DNA of 64,000 bases from Bdellovibrionales bacterium (GCA_965202645.1 OZ241840.1:307066-371065), one strand, 5' to 3'. Shown: positions 20,689 to 31,449, counted from the stretch's first letter. Notes: generated from the letters alone by a model not told the origin. Program-made: numbers and translations.

Positions 20689-21288
20689 ATGCGGTTGCTG
20701 TTTGATCTGGCTCATTTTGGACTGATCCAAATTGTGGTTTTTGGAGGCTTTTTTTTAGGGGTGTATTATTTTACATTATATAATGACGGCAGCGCTTTGC
20801 AAAAATCCAGAGCTGATATTCAGGCGGGCATTCAGCAAACCGAGGCGCAAGTTAAAAAAACACAGCAGGAGCTTTTAGACATTAAAGCTTTTGAGAAAGA
20901 GGTTTTGAATCAGGAGGAGGATGTAAAATATTTAATGAACTTTATACCCAGCTCTTTGACATTTACAGATATATCCGATTTATTGATCAACGAGGCTAAG
21001 TCATCAGGGGTGAATATAGGGCTTAAGCGGGATGAGAGCATCGATCAAAAAGAGGGGGAGGAGTATCACACTTTAAATGTTAAGCTGTCGGTTAATGGCT
21101 CTTTTTCGCAAATTCTTTTATTTTTGTCTAAGTTGACTAATCAAAAGCGAATACTCATAGTCCACGATATAGATATGAGGGTAAACAGGCAGACTCGGCT
21201 TATAGAGGCTGATATGTCTATATCAGCTTACCGATATAAAGGCGATCAGGAAGAGGAGAAAGACACAGAGGAGCAGAGTCCATCATAA
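20689..21288 (+). CDS. pilO: Type IV pilus assembly protein PilO
   Basis: TM plus coiled coil, A..SGV, GSFSQILLFL...KRI; operon position. Confidence 0.85.
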   Translation: MRLLFDLAHFGLIQIVVFGGFFLGVYYFTLYNDGSALQKSRADIQAGIQQTEAQVKKTQQELLDIKAFEKEVLNQEEDVKYLMNFIPSSLTFTDISDLLINEAKSSGVNIGLKRDESIDQKEGEEYHTLNVKLSVNGSFSQILLFLSKLTNQKRILIVHDIDMRVNRQTRLIEADMSISAYRYKGDQEEEKDTEEQSPS

Positions 21289-21430
21289 AAACCCGGAAAA
21301 AGAGCGCTGAGTTTTTTATATGCGGGATATAAAGGTGATCTGGGAGAAGAGCAAAACACAGAGGAGCAGAGTCCATCATAAAAACCCGGAAAAAGAGCGC
21401 TGAGTTTTTTATATGCGGGATATAAAGGCG
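21233..21430. repeat. 93-bp tandem duplication of the pilO 3' end and downstream sequence
   Basis: gatataaagg at 21233, 21326, 21419; second unit repeats acacagaggagcagagtccatcataa. Confidence 0.9.
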
Positions 21431-22636
21431 GGAAGAGGATCAGTGGGGCAAATTTTTAAAAATTTTTTTTTAACCGGGGTTTATTCTTTGACAGCGCTGG
21501 GAGCTTGCTCTTTAGCTTTTGTTTTTGTGTTGAGCTTTTTAAGTCCGGCTATATCCGAAGAGCCAAAAAAACCGCCCGCCCAGCAAAAGGAAAAGATCAC
21601 ATTTAAAAAAGTTTTTGGGGATATTATTAAAAATTTAAAAACCATAGCTGGAGAAAAATTTTCAAGCCAGGATAAGCCCTCTCAAAACCCAGCGGAGGAG
21701 CCTCCGCCGGCGCCGCGGGAAGTTGATATTCCATCAGAGGATTTAAAGTCTTTTGAGGGCGCGGGCGGGAATCCGCCGCCTCCAGACTCTGAAGAAGCGG
21801 AAAGGGAAGCTGGGGGCTTATCCCCTGAGTCGTCAGGCCCGTCCCTTAAGCCAGCGGGTCAGCCGCTTGATCCGTCAGGCCTGTCCTCTGAGCAGCCAGC
21901 AGGGGGGCCGTCTCCTGATCCGTCCGGCCTGTCCCCTGAGTCGGCGGGGCCATCTTCTGAGCCAGCAGGCCCGCCACCTGAGCCGTCCGGCCCGTCTCCT
22001 GATCCGTCCGGCCTGTCCTCTGAGCCGTCAGGTCCGTCCTCTGAGCCGTCAGGTCCGTCCTCTGAGCTGTCCGGCCTGTCCTCTGATCCGTCAGGCCTGT
22101 CCTCTGAGCCGTCCGGTCCGTCTCCTGAGCCGTCCGGTTCGTCCTCTGAGCCGTCCGGTTCGTCCTCTGAGCCAGCAGGTTCGGCGCTTGATCGGCCTCC
22201 TGATGAGGGGCCGATAGATGAGAAGGGGGCCGAATCTTCAGAAGTGACCTTAGAGATTAAGTCCTATATGGCTCCTTTTATTTATGAATCTATAAGGAAA
22301 AAAGATCCTTTTGAGGATCCGACTGTTCAAAAAAGACAAGGAGTGGTTATTATTCCTAAAACTCCGCCGGAAAAATATACGCTAAAGGAAATTAGGCTAA
22401 AAGGGATTATATGGGACACAAAAAACCCCAAAGCCCTTTTTAAACTGCCGTCAGACGCTGGTTATTACACTCTTATCAAAGGCGATAAGCTTGGCAAAAG
22501 GGGGGTTATTGTTGATATTAGAGAAAGCGAAGTGGTTATTGTGGAGACAAATGATGTGGAGATTGATGGAAAAGCAAAAAAAGAGTTTGTCACAAAAATA
22601 AAAAGAATAGACAGAATTGGCCTTTCCGGCAAATGA
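21413..22636 (+). CDS. pilP: PilP with a long Ser/Pro/Gly/Glu repeat linker
   Basis: C-terminal KKDPF...PPEKY.LKEIRLKGIIW...KALF...GDKLG; degenerate 21-bp (SSEPSGP-like) repeats at ~21820-22180; start uncertain. Confidence 0.8.
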   Translation: MRDIKAGRGSVGQIFKNFFLTGVYSLTALGACSLAFVFVLSFLSPAISEEPKKPPAQQKEKITFKKVFGDIIKNLKTIAGEKFSSQDKPSQNPAEEPPPAPREVDIPSEDLKSFEGAGGNPPPPDSEEAEREAGGLSPESSGPSLKPAGQPLDPSGLSSEQPAGGPSPDPSGLSPESAGPSSEPAGPPPEPSGPSPDPSGLSSEPSGPSSEPSGPSSELSGLSSDPSGLSSEPSGPSPEPSGSSSEPSGSSSEPAGSALDRPPDEGPIDEKGAESSEVTLEIKSYMAPFIYESIRKKDPFEDPTVQKRQGVVIIPKTPPEKYTLKEIRLKGIIWDTKNPKALFKLPSDAGYYTLIKGDKLGKRGVIVDIRESEVVIVETNDVEIDGKAKKEFVTKIKRIDRIGLSGK

Positions 22637-22723
22637 CTTACCGCTCCATTTTCAGCGGATTGAATTTTAAAAATTTCCACAAATAATAGCCATTATTTAT
22701 AAAGCAAGATTATTCTAAGCCAA

Positions 22724-22896
22724 CTGTCCGAATATCAGGGACAGATCTGTCCAACTTCAGGGGCGCGCTTCAAGCTTTTCAGGGACGATTCATTGGTTAA
22801 AAAGTTTGAAAAACCCCATATTTTCAAGCTTTCAGGAAAAATGGCAAAATATACTAAACTTTTAACCAATCTGTCCAACTTTAGGCGCGCGCTCCA
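22724..22896. mobile_element. Cluster of IS3-like terminal repeat remnants
   Basis: ctgtccaacttcaggggcgcgcttca (~22748) and ctgtccaactttaggcgcgcgctcca (22871) resemble the IS end at 54697-54722. Confidence 0.5.
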
Positions 22897-23041
22897 AGCT
22901 CTTTGAAAAAATCAGCCGGTTAAAAATTTTATTGACCAGCGTTTTTATTTTCAGGACACTTTAGCGCGTGATCCCATATAGTTTGCGTAAATAAAAGATA
23001 TTTAATAAGCTAAAGGCGGAGCGCCACTTGAAGCAACATCC

Positions 23042-25360
23042 ATGATCAAGCCCATTATTTTAACATTTTTTCTTTTTCTATTTTTTAGTTATTCCTCTCT
23101 TTCTTTTTCTTTAATGAAGGACAGCCTTCTTGTGGCTCAGGAGGAATCTTTATTTGACGACAAGGATTTAGCGGATATTGAGGGAGGCGCTGAGCCGGCG
23201 GAGGAGACTGACTCTTTTAAGGAGGGGGATAATTTTGATGAGGAGGATTTTGAGGTTGTGGATGAGGAAGGGGAGTCTGCGGGGGATGAGGATTCTGAGG
23301 AGGCGGAGAGTGAGGATTCTGAGGAGGCTCAATTTGATGTGGGCGATTATGAAATTATCAGCGACCGGCCGGATTATGAAGTGAGCAGTGATGAGGAGCT
23401 GGAGAGGGAGTTTAAAGAGGACAGCGCGGAGGGCCAAAAGGACAGCGCGGGAGAGGATTTAGACGCTGAATTTGACGCGGAGCTGGAGGAGGAGGCTGAA
23501 TTTGAGGAAGTGGAGGGATTAGATGAATCCCCTGAAGAGGAGCTGGAGACAGAGGAGGGTCTGGCGGAAGAGGCTATTGAGGGAGGCGAGTTAGAGGAAA
23601 TTCCCTCTGAGGAGCTGGCTGGAGAGGATTCCGCTTTAGAGGAGGATGTGGCTGTTGAGAATGGGGAGGATTCGGGGGCTTTAAACTTGATTACCAATAT
23701 TCGCTACTTAGCGAATGAGGATCAAATTGTCATTGACTGTTCGGAGCCGACCTCTTACCAAGTGAGAAACAATGAGGAGACCCATCAATTTATTATTGAA
23801 ATTCTGCAGGCTAAGCTGGCTGACAATTTGCATTGGCCTTATGTGCTCAGGGATTTTAATACAGATTTTGGCTTGATTAAGGCGGATCAAAAAGACTCCA
23901 GCACAGTGAGAGTTATTATCCAGATCAAAGAGGGGGGCACGTTTCCTCAATCTGTTTTATCGGAGAGCGGCAATCAAATTTTAGTCGCTTATGGCGCGGT
24001 GGAGGGCCATCAAATCATTCCGGAGGCCGGAGGCCACAGCGCGGATCCCAGATCTGCTCTTCCCGCCAGAACTTTGGAGGACTTATACTTTGGAGACATT
24101 CAATTTTCCGGCGCTCCCATCTCCTTCCATGTTATTGACGCGCCCATTAAACAGGTTCTCCGCTTTATTTCGGAGGAAAGCGGCTTAAACATGGTGATAG
24201 GCGAAAAAGTCTCAGGCTCTATCACTTTAAAATTAGAGGATGTGCCTTGGGATCAGGCCCTGCACACCATTTTTAAAGTCAAATCTTTGGGCTATACCAG
24301 GGACGGCAATGTCATCACAATACTTCCTTTAGAGGAGATAGAGAAAAGAGCAAAAAAGCTTAAAGAGATTTCAGAGAGGCAAAAAGGCATGGCTCCTTTT
24401 GAGACTAAGGTGATCTCCGTTAATTATGCGAAAATCGGCGCTGTCGCGGATAAAATTAAGGAGTTTGCCACCCCTAAAAGCGATTTTTCCAAAGGCGGGC
24501 GAATTATAACTCATCCTGAAAGCAATACTTTTGTTATTATAGACAGCGCGGAGGCCATTAAAAAAATTGAGGCCATGGTTAAGCATTTAGATAAGCCGCC
24601 TAAGCAAGTTATGGTGGAGGCTAAAATTGTGGAAGTGATAGAAAATTTTGCCAAAAATTTTGGCTTGCAGTGGGGGTTAAGCGGAGATATTCCTGTGGTG
24701 CATAATCTCAACGATTTCATTGAAGTGGTTAGAAATCCGGAGTCATTGTCAGGAGCTTGGGGAACTAATTATGATGGCGGCCAAAGCGATGCCGCGCTAA
24801 GCATAGCTGGTCTTCCCATTTTGGGAAATATTTCCGCTAGTTTGAGCCTGGCGGAAAATGACGGCTACGCTAAAGTGATAAGCAATCCAAAATTGATTGT
24901 TATCAGCGGGAAGCAGGCTTCCATCAGCAGAGACTCCCCTATTCTTATTCCTAAGTCGGCCACCACAACAATTTCAACGGGAGGGGATCGATCAGACTCA
25001 CAGTCATTTGAAAAGCAGGAAGTGTCTATTAGCTTAGATGTGACCCCCACAGTGACCCCTACGGGGAGTATTTTTCTCAAAGTCAATGTGAACCGGGCCG
25101 ATCCGGGGGCAAAATCCCCCAAAGCCGGAGATACTGTGTCAGTAACAAAAAACGCAAAAACAGAGGTTTTAGTCAAAAATGGCCAAACAATTGTTATTGG
25201 GGGAATTTATGATCAGAACAAGATTGTGAATAACCAGGGCCTGCCCTGGTTAAGGCATATTCCCTTTTTAAATTTATTGTTTAATACAAAGGGAACTTCC
25301 GAAGTGCGAAACGAGCTTCTTGTGTTTATCACGCCTAAACTGCTGGATAGTCATGAATAG
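23042..25360 (+). CDS. pilQ: Type IV pilus secretin PilQ with an acidic N-terminal extension
   Basis: DVPWDQAL, QVMVEAKIVE, GQTIVIGGIY, ELLVFITP secretin motifs. Confidence 0.95.
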   Translation: MIKPIILTFFLFLFFSYSSLSFSLMKDSLLVAQEESLFDDKDLADIEGGAEPAEETDSFKEGDNFDEEDFEVVDEEGESAGDEDSEEAESEDSEEAQFDVGDYEIISDRPDYEVSSDEELEREFKEDSAEGQKDSAGEDLDAEFDAELEEEAEFEEVEGLDESPEEELETEEGLAEEAIEGGELEEIPSEELAGEDSALEEDVAVENGEDSGALNLITNIRYLANEDQIVIDCSEPTSYQVRNNEETHQFIIEILQAKLADNLHWPYVLRDFNTDFGLIKADQKDSSTVRVIIQIKEGGTFPQSVLSESGNQILVAYGAVEGHQIIPEAGGHSADPRSALPARTLEDLYFGDIQFSGAPISFHVIDAPIKQVLRFISEESGLNMVIGEKVSGSITLKLEDVPWDQALHTIFKVKSLGYTRDGNVITILPLEEIEKRAKKLKEISERQKGMAPFETKVISVNYAKIGAVADKIKEFATPKSDFSKGGRIITHPESNTFVIIDSAEAIKKIEAMVKHLDKPPKQVMVEAKIVEVIENFAKNFGLQWGLSGDIPVVHNLNDFIEVVRNPESLSGAWGTNYDGGQSDAALSIAGLPILGNISASLSLAENDGYAKVISNPKLIVISGKQASISRDSPILIPKSATTTISTGGDRSDSQSFEKQEVSISLDVTPTVTPTGSIFLKVNVNRADPGAKSPKAGDTVSVTKNAKTEVLVKNGQTIVIGGIYDQNKIVNNQGLPWLRHIPFLNLLFNTKGTSEVRNELLVFITPKLLDSHE

Positions 25361-26156
25361 AACTGCTTTTTTGGCTTTTTTTTTCGTTTTAAGCTCTTGT
25401 TTTTTTGGCGATCCTTCACGAGGGGGAAGATCTGCCAATGTTGTTGTTGCGTCTGTGCCCTATCATCCTGGATCAAGGATTCGTATTTTTCAATATGGCT
25501 TTAGGGAACAGCAAAAGTGCAGGAATATTCCCATTAGACTGAAAAATATTGAGACAGCGTTGAACAATGAAGATGTAATGGAGGCGATTTTTGGCGAAGA
25601 TTGGAAGGAGAGGCAGGCTGGGGATAGAGAAGAAGAGAGCAATGATCCTTCAACGATTGAAGTTAAAGATGGATGGATGAGATTTGGCTTGTTCATCCGT
25701 AATCATGATCCCCACCATCTCATTATTACTGAAATACAGTTTAGCGCGAAGGCCAAGCATAGCCGGAGGGTTTTTACGCATAGAGGAACGATCAGTGACA
25801 GCTACTGTGATTCTCAACTTCCTTATCTTTATCTTGTTCCCGGCAAAAAAGAAGTTAGCTATAAGCCTAATCATCACCTCCCTTCTCACAATTTGACCAT
25901 TTATCTTGACGGTTTCACCGGTCCTGATTCCAGCGGCTTTTCTCGCGATCTGCGGATCGAGCAGCCAGCCTCTGGATCAATCGCTTTTCCGTCCTCAGGA
26001 TCTGCAAGCCGGCAGAATCTTGACTCCGATGTAGTGATTCCCTCATACAGGATAGAGTTAGTGTTAAGGGGTTATTTTATAGACCAAACAGGCCAGCAAT
26101 CCGGCAGTTTTAGAAGGACAGTCCGAATTCCCTCTACTCCGCCTGTAAGAATCTAG
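25353..26156 (+). CDS. Putative lipoprotein, pil operon associated
   Basis: MNRTAFLAFFFVLSSC lipobox; overlaps the pilQ stop. Confidence 0.7.
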   Translation: MNRTAFLAFFFVLSSCFFGDPSRGGRSANVVVASVPYHPGSRIRIFQYGFREQQKCRNIPIRLKNIETALNNEDVMEAIFGEDWKERQAGDREEESNDPSTIEVKDGWMRFGLFIRNHDPHHLIITEIQFSAKAKHSRRVFTHRGTISDSYCDSQLPYLYLVPGKKEVSYKPNHHLPSHNLTIYLDGFTGPDSSGFSRDLRIEQPASGSIAFPSSGSASRQNLDSDVVIPSYRIELVLRGYFIDQTGQQSGSFRRTVRIPSTPPVRI

Positions 26157-26326
26157 CTTTTCGTAGGTTTATCCAGTCATTATAAGTCGGCCTTCTAAAG
26201 CTCAATTTAGTATTTTGAGTTTATCCAGCTATTGTCCGCCAGCCTTCTAAAGCCCCAGCTTTTGTCCTTGAAACAGCTAAAATCAGCCTCACAGCCCAGC
26301 TTTCAAGCTCAAGCTTTTGATGACAG

Positions 26327-27778
26327 TTATTTTGATTTTTTCTTTTTAAAGTTGGCTATGCCCTCTAAAACCTCCAGCTGGCCGGCGGGATCGTTTTCTT
26401 TTGGATTGGGATTATGGATTTCCATCTCCCGCCGAGGCTGTTTAGGATTTTTAAGCAGGGCGTCCACATTATCCGGGTCGTGGGGGATAACGGTGTTTGT
26501 GCGATCCGTTTGGTCGGATAAATCCACATTTCTGTCTCTCATGATCAAGGCTTCATAGGCGGATAGTTTTTTCCCCTGATTGACAGCCTCTTTTATTTTT
26601 TCTGTTCCCTGTCCGAATCCTGTTTTATCCACTTGGTTGATGATTTGCGGCATGCTCCATGTGGGGTATCGGGTTTTGACAAGAGCCACAACTCCTGTGG
26701 CAAAGGCGGTGGCTTGGGATGTGCCGGTCATTTTGCCATAGCGGTTGTGATTGTGGGTGTAAGCGGCTAAGCCTCTCAGCGCCCGGGCCGCCAAGTGGCT
26801 TTGGAGGTATATTCCGGGCGGAAGAGTGGATTGAATCCCCTCGCCGGGGGCAATTTGCGATTTTTGATTGTCCCAGCGGTTAAATTTTGGACGATTGCTG
26901 GATTTTAAAACTTTAGTCCCGTCTTGAGACACAACAGGCAAAATATTTTGAAAATTATAGCTGGCGGGGTAATATTTTTCGCGTTTCCCAATTTCCATCC
27001 CCTCATTTCCAAAAGCGGCGACAAAAATAATGCCTTTATCAGCCGCTTTGGCGATGCTGGCTTTTTCATCCGGCTGGGCGCCTGGCCCGCCGCCGGAGTA
27101 ATTGATAATATCCGCGCCATTTTGAACAGCATATTTTATGGCTTTAACTGTGTTCTCAATATTTTCATCGCTTTTGGCCTCCTCATCAAAGTATTTGAGA
27201 GTCATAATGCGGACATGCGGAGCCACTCCGATGACTTGGCATTCCGGGGATTGGGCGGTTTTGCCTCGCGCGGCGATAATCCCTGAAATATGGGTTCCAT
27301 GGCCGTGATAGTCCTGAATGTTATTGTTGTTATCAACAAAATTCCAGCCATGGATATCATCTACAAAGCCGTTGCGGTCATCATCTTTCCCATTGCCCGG
27401 AACTTCATCTGGATTTATCCAAAGGCTGGTTTTTAAGCAGGGGTGCTGCGTGTGAATCCCCGTATCCACAACAGCCACAGTGAGAGGGTCTGCTCTTTGC
27501 TTTTCCTCCTCCAAAACCGCCCAGGCTTTTAACAGGGAAATATCTTTTAGCCCCCACTGGCTCTCAACATGCTTTCTTAGGCTGGAGTATCTCACCTGGC
27601 TTTTTGGAACAAATTGAGGCTCTCCTAAAATAAGCTCTCTGTTTTTAAGCTCTTGAGCCTGATCCGATGGGATAGAGGAGCTTTTGCGGACTGATTTGTC
27701 TGTTTGAAAGGCAAACCAGCCCATTAAAGCGATGGCAAAGAGAGCTAAGAGGCCAAACCCCATTCGTTTTCGTGACAT
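26327..27778 (-). CDS. S8 family (subtilisin-like) serine protease
   Basis: VAVVDTG, HGTHISG, GTSQAT catalytic triad motifs; N-terminal TM/signal. Confidence 0.93.
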   Translation of the reverse strand: MSRKRMGFGLLALFAIALMGWFAFQTDKSVRKSSSIPSDQAQELKNRELILGEPQFVPKSQVRYSSLRKHVESQWGLKDISLLKAWAVLEEEKQRADPLTVAVVDTGIHTQHPCLKTSLWINPDEVPGNGKDDDRNGFVDDIHGWNFVDNNNNIQDYHGHGTHISGIIAARGKTAQSPECQVIGVAPHVRIMTLKYFDEEAKSDENIENTVKAIKYAVQNGADIINYSGGGPGAQPDEKASIAKAADKGIIFVAAFGNEGMEIGKREKYYPASYNFQNILPVVSQDGTKVLKSSNRPKFNRWDNQKSQIAPGEGIQSTLPPGIYLQSHLAARALRGLAAYTHNHNRYGKMTGTSQATAFATGVVALVKTRYPTWSMPQIINQVDKTGFGQGTEKIKEAVNQGKKLSAYEALIMRDRNVDLSDQTDRTNTVIPHDPDNVDALLKNPKQPRREMEIHNPNPKENDPAGQLEVLEGIANFKKKKSK

Positions 27779-27929
27779 AACCTGAACAATAATCGGCTGT
27801 TTGATAAATTTTTTTAAATATATTTTACCAACCGCCTGATTTATTGTAATTTAGGCTGGCTCTAGCCGGCTCAAGGGCTGGCCGCCCGCCCCGATAAAAA
27901 TAAGCTTGGTCTCTGGAAAAAAGACAGAT

Positions 27930-28721
27930 TTAGGCTTGGCCCACCAAATAGGCGATCCAGGTGTCGCAAATCTCCCCTTGGGCGGTTTTTTTAAAAACGC
28001 CGGATCCATCCCCCTTTTTGTCTGACTGCTCCCAATAGACATGAGTTTTTGAAAACCCCGCGTCTTCCAGAATTTCCCTTAACTCAGGGATAGACCACAT
28101 CCTCCAATGGTAAGAGAATACTTTTTTTCGTTTTGCCACGCCCTTTGTTTTAAAGTGAATATAAAATTGCGCTGTTCTGCTTATGGGGTCAAAGCTATCT
28201 TGATCCCAATAGTAATCAAAGCTTTTGTGCTCTATTTTTTCCTCAGAAATCCCCTCACAGTCCGGCCCGCCAAAAACATCAATGATAAACAGCCCTTTTT
28301 TGAGCAAGGCTTTTTTTATGTTTTTAAAGTATTTTAGCAAAAGCCCCCTTTGTTTGAAAACAAAGTAGGAAAAATTGCTGACAGCGATAATTTCCGCCGA
28401 GGGAAGCTTTTTGTCCAGCACATTTTGATTTAAAATTTTCAGCCGGGATTTTTGGGAGGCGCTGAGCTTTTTAAAATGGCGCTCCACTCCATACTCCAGC
28501 GGCTTTTTGTCCGCGTCAATGACAAAGGCCTTATTGCGCGGATGAGCCTTGACCCAATGATAGCCCACATAAAAAGTTCCGCAAAAATCCTCCCGAAAAA
28601 TTCTGGGGGCTTTTTTAAAGATCTGAATGTAGGTTTGCCTAAAAAATTGAATATCCTTTTTGGGGCTTTGAACTGATTGTTTATAATAAAAATATTTGTC
28701 AAATTTTGGCCGGCGCTTCAT
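27930..28721 (-). CDS. Class I SAM-dependent methyltransferase-like protein
   Basis: Y.QSVQSP, REDFCGT, GLFIIDVFGG, FSYHWRMWSIPE. Confidence 0.75.
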   Translation of the reverse strand: MKRRPKFDKYFYYKQSVQSPKKDIQFFRQTYIQIFKKAPRIFREDFCGTFYVGYHWVKAHPRNKAFVIDADKKPLEYGVERHFKKLSASQKSRLKILNQNVLDKKLPSAEIIAVSNFSYFVFKQRGLLLKYFKNIKKALLKKGLFIIDVFGGPDCEGISEEKIEHKSFDYYWDQDSFDPISRTAQFYIHFKTKGVAKRKKVFSYHWRMWSIPELREILEDAGFSKTHVYWEQSDKKGDGSGVFKKTAQGEICDTWIAYLVGQA

Positions 28722-29101
28722 AGCTGGAGTTTATGCTGGTTTGGGTTTTAAGCTTTATTGAGCAACTTATGATATAAAAGGGCTGGTTAAAAAACAAGAT
28801 CAATAAGCGGGACTCTCTCTAAACCAGCGATCTGTAAATGCTGAGCTGTTGTTTCCAGACAAAAGTCCAATAGATTATTGGGTGGCCCCCTAAAAGCGGG
28901 CGTCTAAGGCCAGTTTAAATCTTGGCTTTTAGCGCTTTCTTAATTAGGGGATTGAAAAAGGAGTTAGCTTCCAGCCAGTTAAAAACAAACCAGCTAAAAA
29001 AACATGAAATCGCAAAATTATTGAAGGGATTGTAATTTTTCATGCCAAGCTGTCCGTATACTATGAAAAAGGCGGGGGATCCAGACACAAACAAAATTTT
29101 G

Positions 29102-29317
29102 TCAGCTCCCGTTTTGGAGCTTTTTTATCTCCTTTTCAGAAAGTCCTGTCACTTCTGAAATGAAAGCAATATCCGCCTCTTTTTTTAGCATGCTTAAAAC
29201 AACCTCCTGCCGTCCTTTTTGTATGCCTGCTTGTATGCCTTCCTGCCGTCCCTCCTGTCGTCCCTCCTGTCGTCCTTCCTGTCGTCCTTCCTCTTTGATA
29301 TATTCTCTTATATTCAT
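29102..29317 (-). CDS. Stand-alone duplicate of the Rpn C-terminal module (RpnS-like small protein)
   Basis: Near-identical to 29357-29560 with one extra QEGR; retains AAGGAGG RBS and ATG. Confidence 0.75.
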   Translation of the reverse strand: MNIREYIKEEGRQEGRQEGRQEGRQEGIQAGIQKGRQEVVLSMLKKEADIAFISEVTGLSEKEIKKLQNGS

Positions 29318-29356
29318 ATAGCCTCCTTTTGTAAAAATGCGGGAAACAAAATTTTG

Positions 29357-30328
29357 TCAATTTCCGTTTTGGAGCTTTTTTATCTCCTTTTCAGAAAGCC
29401 CTGTCACTTCTGAAATGAAAGCAATATCCGCCTCTTTTTTCAGCATGCTTAAAACAACCTCCTGCCGTCCTTTTTGTATGCCTGCTTGTATGCCCTCCTG
29501 TCGTCCTTCCTGTCGTCCCTCCTGTCGTCCTTCCTCTTTGATATATTCTCTTATATTCATATAGCCTCCTTTTGTAAAAATGCCCTTTTTGACAGCCGCC
29601 CGCTCTAATCTCTCCCATAATTCCCGTGTTATGCCGGGAACAGAAGACCAAAAATAATCCCCAACGCTTAAAACCAAATCCTCCCTGTCCCCAGTCCAGT
29701 TGTCAAACAGAGAAATCGCCTCTTTCAATGCCTCCTCTTCCGCTTTTAAAGTCCATACCTTTTTTAAAGCGCTTAAAAAACCGCGGCTTTTAAAACTTCT
29801 GTCGCCAATCGCCTCCTTCACAGAGCGGCCGTGGGTGTCTAAAACTCTTATCCCATAATCTAACACATCCTTTTCCAAAGAGGAAGGAATTTCCGGCAAA
29901 ATCCGCCCCCAAAGCCCTTTTTTAAGGGACTTTGGCCATTTCCAAGGCTCTCGACCGTGATAAAACACAACAGCGATCACCAGGCAGTCCTCCTCCGTCT
30001 CCTCTAAACTTTTGCCTATAATGAGAGTCTTATATTTGAGAATTTGATGGTAAATCCGGCGGCTAAAGCTGGATTTATGCTCTAAAAGGAGGCAAAGCTT
30101 AGCTCTCCGCTCTGGCTTATTTTTAAACGGAACAGAGAAGACTAAGTCCGCCCTGAGTTCCTGAAAAGTGTCTTTTTCCGGCCGAAGGCCTCTCCAATCA
30201 AAAACAGCCATCTCCTCTGCGGAAAAAGCTATCTGAAACAGCTCAACAGCGCTCTTCGGCTCAGAATAGCAGGCCTTAAAAAATATATCATGATGGCCGG
30301 ATTTCTTTTTTTCCTCTGATTTAGTCAT
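29357..30328 (-). CDS. Rpn family recombination-promoting nuclease/putative transposase
   Basis: HDIFFK, RADLVFS, LLLEHKS, VVFYHG, EGRQEG repeats, C-terminal ISEVTGLS HTH. Confidence 0.9.
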   Translation of the reverse strand: MTKSEEKKKSGHHDIFFKACYSEPKSAVELFQIAFSAEEMAVFDWRGLRPEKDTFQELRADLVFSVPFKNKPERRAKLCLLLEHKSSFSRRIYHQILKYKTLIIGKSLEETEEDCLVIAVVFYHGREPWKWPKSLKKGLWGRILPEIPSSLEKDVLDYGIRVLDTHGRSVKEAIGDRSFKSRGFLSALKKVWTLKAEEEALKEAISLFDNWTGDREDLVLSVGDYFWSSVPGITRELWERLERAAVKKGIFTKGGYMNIREYIKEEGRQEGRQEGRQEGIQAGIQKGRQEVVLSMLKKEADIAFISEVTGLSEKEIKKLQNGN

Positions 30329-30754
30329 TGTGTCTCCCTCCTTTTGGCTTGTTTCCGCCTAAACTTTTGCCTAAACACAGGCGCTGACTTTACCCCGCCA
30401 TTTCCCATAAGGCAACAAACTAAACCATAACATTATTTTTTTGGAAATTATATATTTGACACCGCATTTGTAAAACCTTGAACGGTTTATGCACGGCAAA
30501 AGTTAAACAAAATCAATAATTTATATTATTAACTATCTGTTTTCTTAGTTTTATGCACGCTTTTTGCGCTAAATCATTAAAACCTCCTGTAAGCCTTACA
30601 TTTAAAGGCCATCACAGGTTTTATGCGGCTTTAAGTGTATAATTCCCATTTTTTTGGAAGTTTTTGCGCCTTCACATCCCACAGCTATAAATTTTATGGC
30701 CGCCCTCAAGGCTTTTATCGTTTTTACATCTCACATCCTGCAACTATACAATTA

Positions 30755-30952
30755 TAAACTGAGTTAGTTTCTTGACCTATTCACAAGGATAAATTTGCCT
30801 TTATTCCAAAGTCCAAGCTTATTTTTATCGGGACGGGCGTCCGGCCATCAAACCAGCTGTCCCCATCCGTATAGCGACCAGCCCTCAAAGCTTGGACTCT
30901 GGAAAATTGAAGATCATAATGGAATTTAGGTCAAGAGATCCAGTCCAACTTA
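30755..30952. mobile_element. MITE-like element, copy 2
   Basis: Reverse-complement homolog of 7122-7324, TA flanks. Confidence 0.8.
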
Positions 30953-31010
30953 AATAATGAAGTGTGCGCTTTAGGCAATTAACCAAGAATTTTGTCACTG
31001 AGAGGAGGCA

Positions 31011-31298
31011 CAGTATGAGAGAAAGGCGGATTTATTCCCAGCGTGGCAATAAGAAAAGTCCAGCATGAGAAAAAAGCGGATTTATTCCCAGCTTGACAAT
31101 AAGAAAAGCCCAGTATAAGGAGAAGGCGGATTTATTCCCAGCGTGGCAATAAGAAAAGTCCAGCATGAGAAAAAAGCGGATTTATTCCCAGCGTGGCAAT
31201 AAGAAAAGCCCAGTATAAGGAGAAGGCGGATTTATTCCCAGCGTGGCAATAAGAAAAGTCCAGCATGAGAAAAAAGCGGATTTATTCCCAGCTTGACA
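31011..31298. repeat. 50-bp tandem repeat, ~5.8 copies, with alternating variants
   Basis: cagYat units at 31011, 31061, 31111, 31161, 31211, 31261; conserved core gcggatttattcccagc. Confidence 0.95.
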
Positions 31299-31449
31299 AA
31301 TAAGAGCCTATTGATTTATAAACTGAGCGAGTTGTCCATTTTTTCAGAGATGATTTACAGGGGCACAAGCGGGATTTATGAATAACCAGAGAGCTTTTTT
31401 GAAAACCCCGCCTTTCATCAGATGATCCACTGGGGCACAAGCGGGATTT

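Noticed and set aside
29088..29583. Diversity-generating retroelement TR/VR pair
   Set aside because: No reverse transcriptase in the window; the differences are few and not adenine-specific
31011..31298. CRISPR array (also considered for 2335-2478, 14995-15275 and 36077-36362)
   Set aside because: The whole unit is repeated; variable parts are point variants, not spacers
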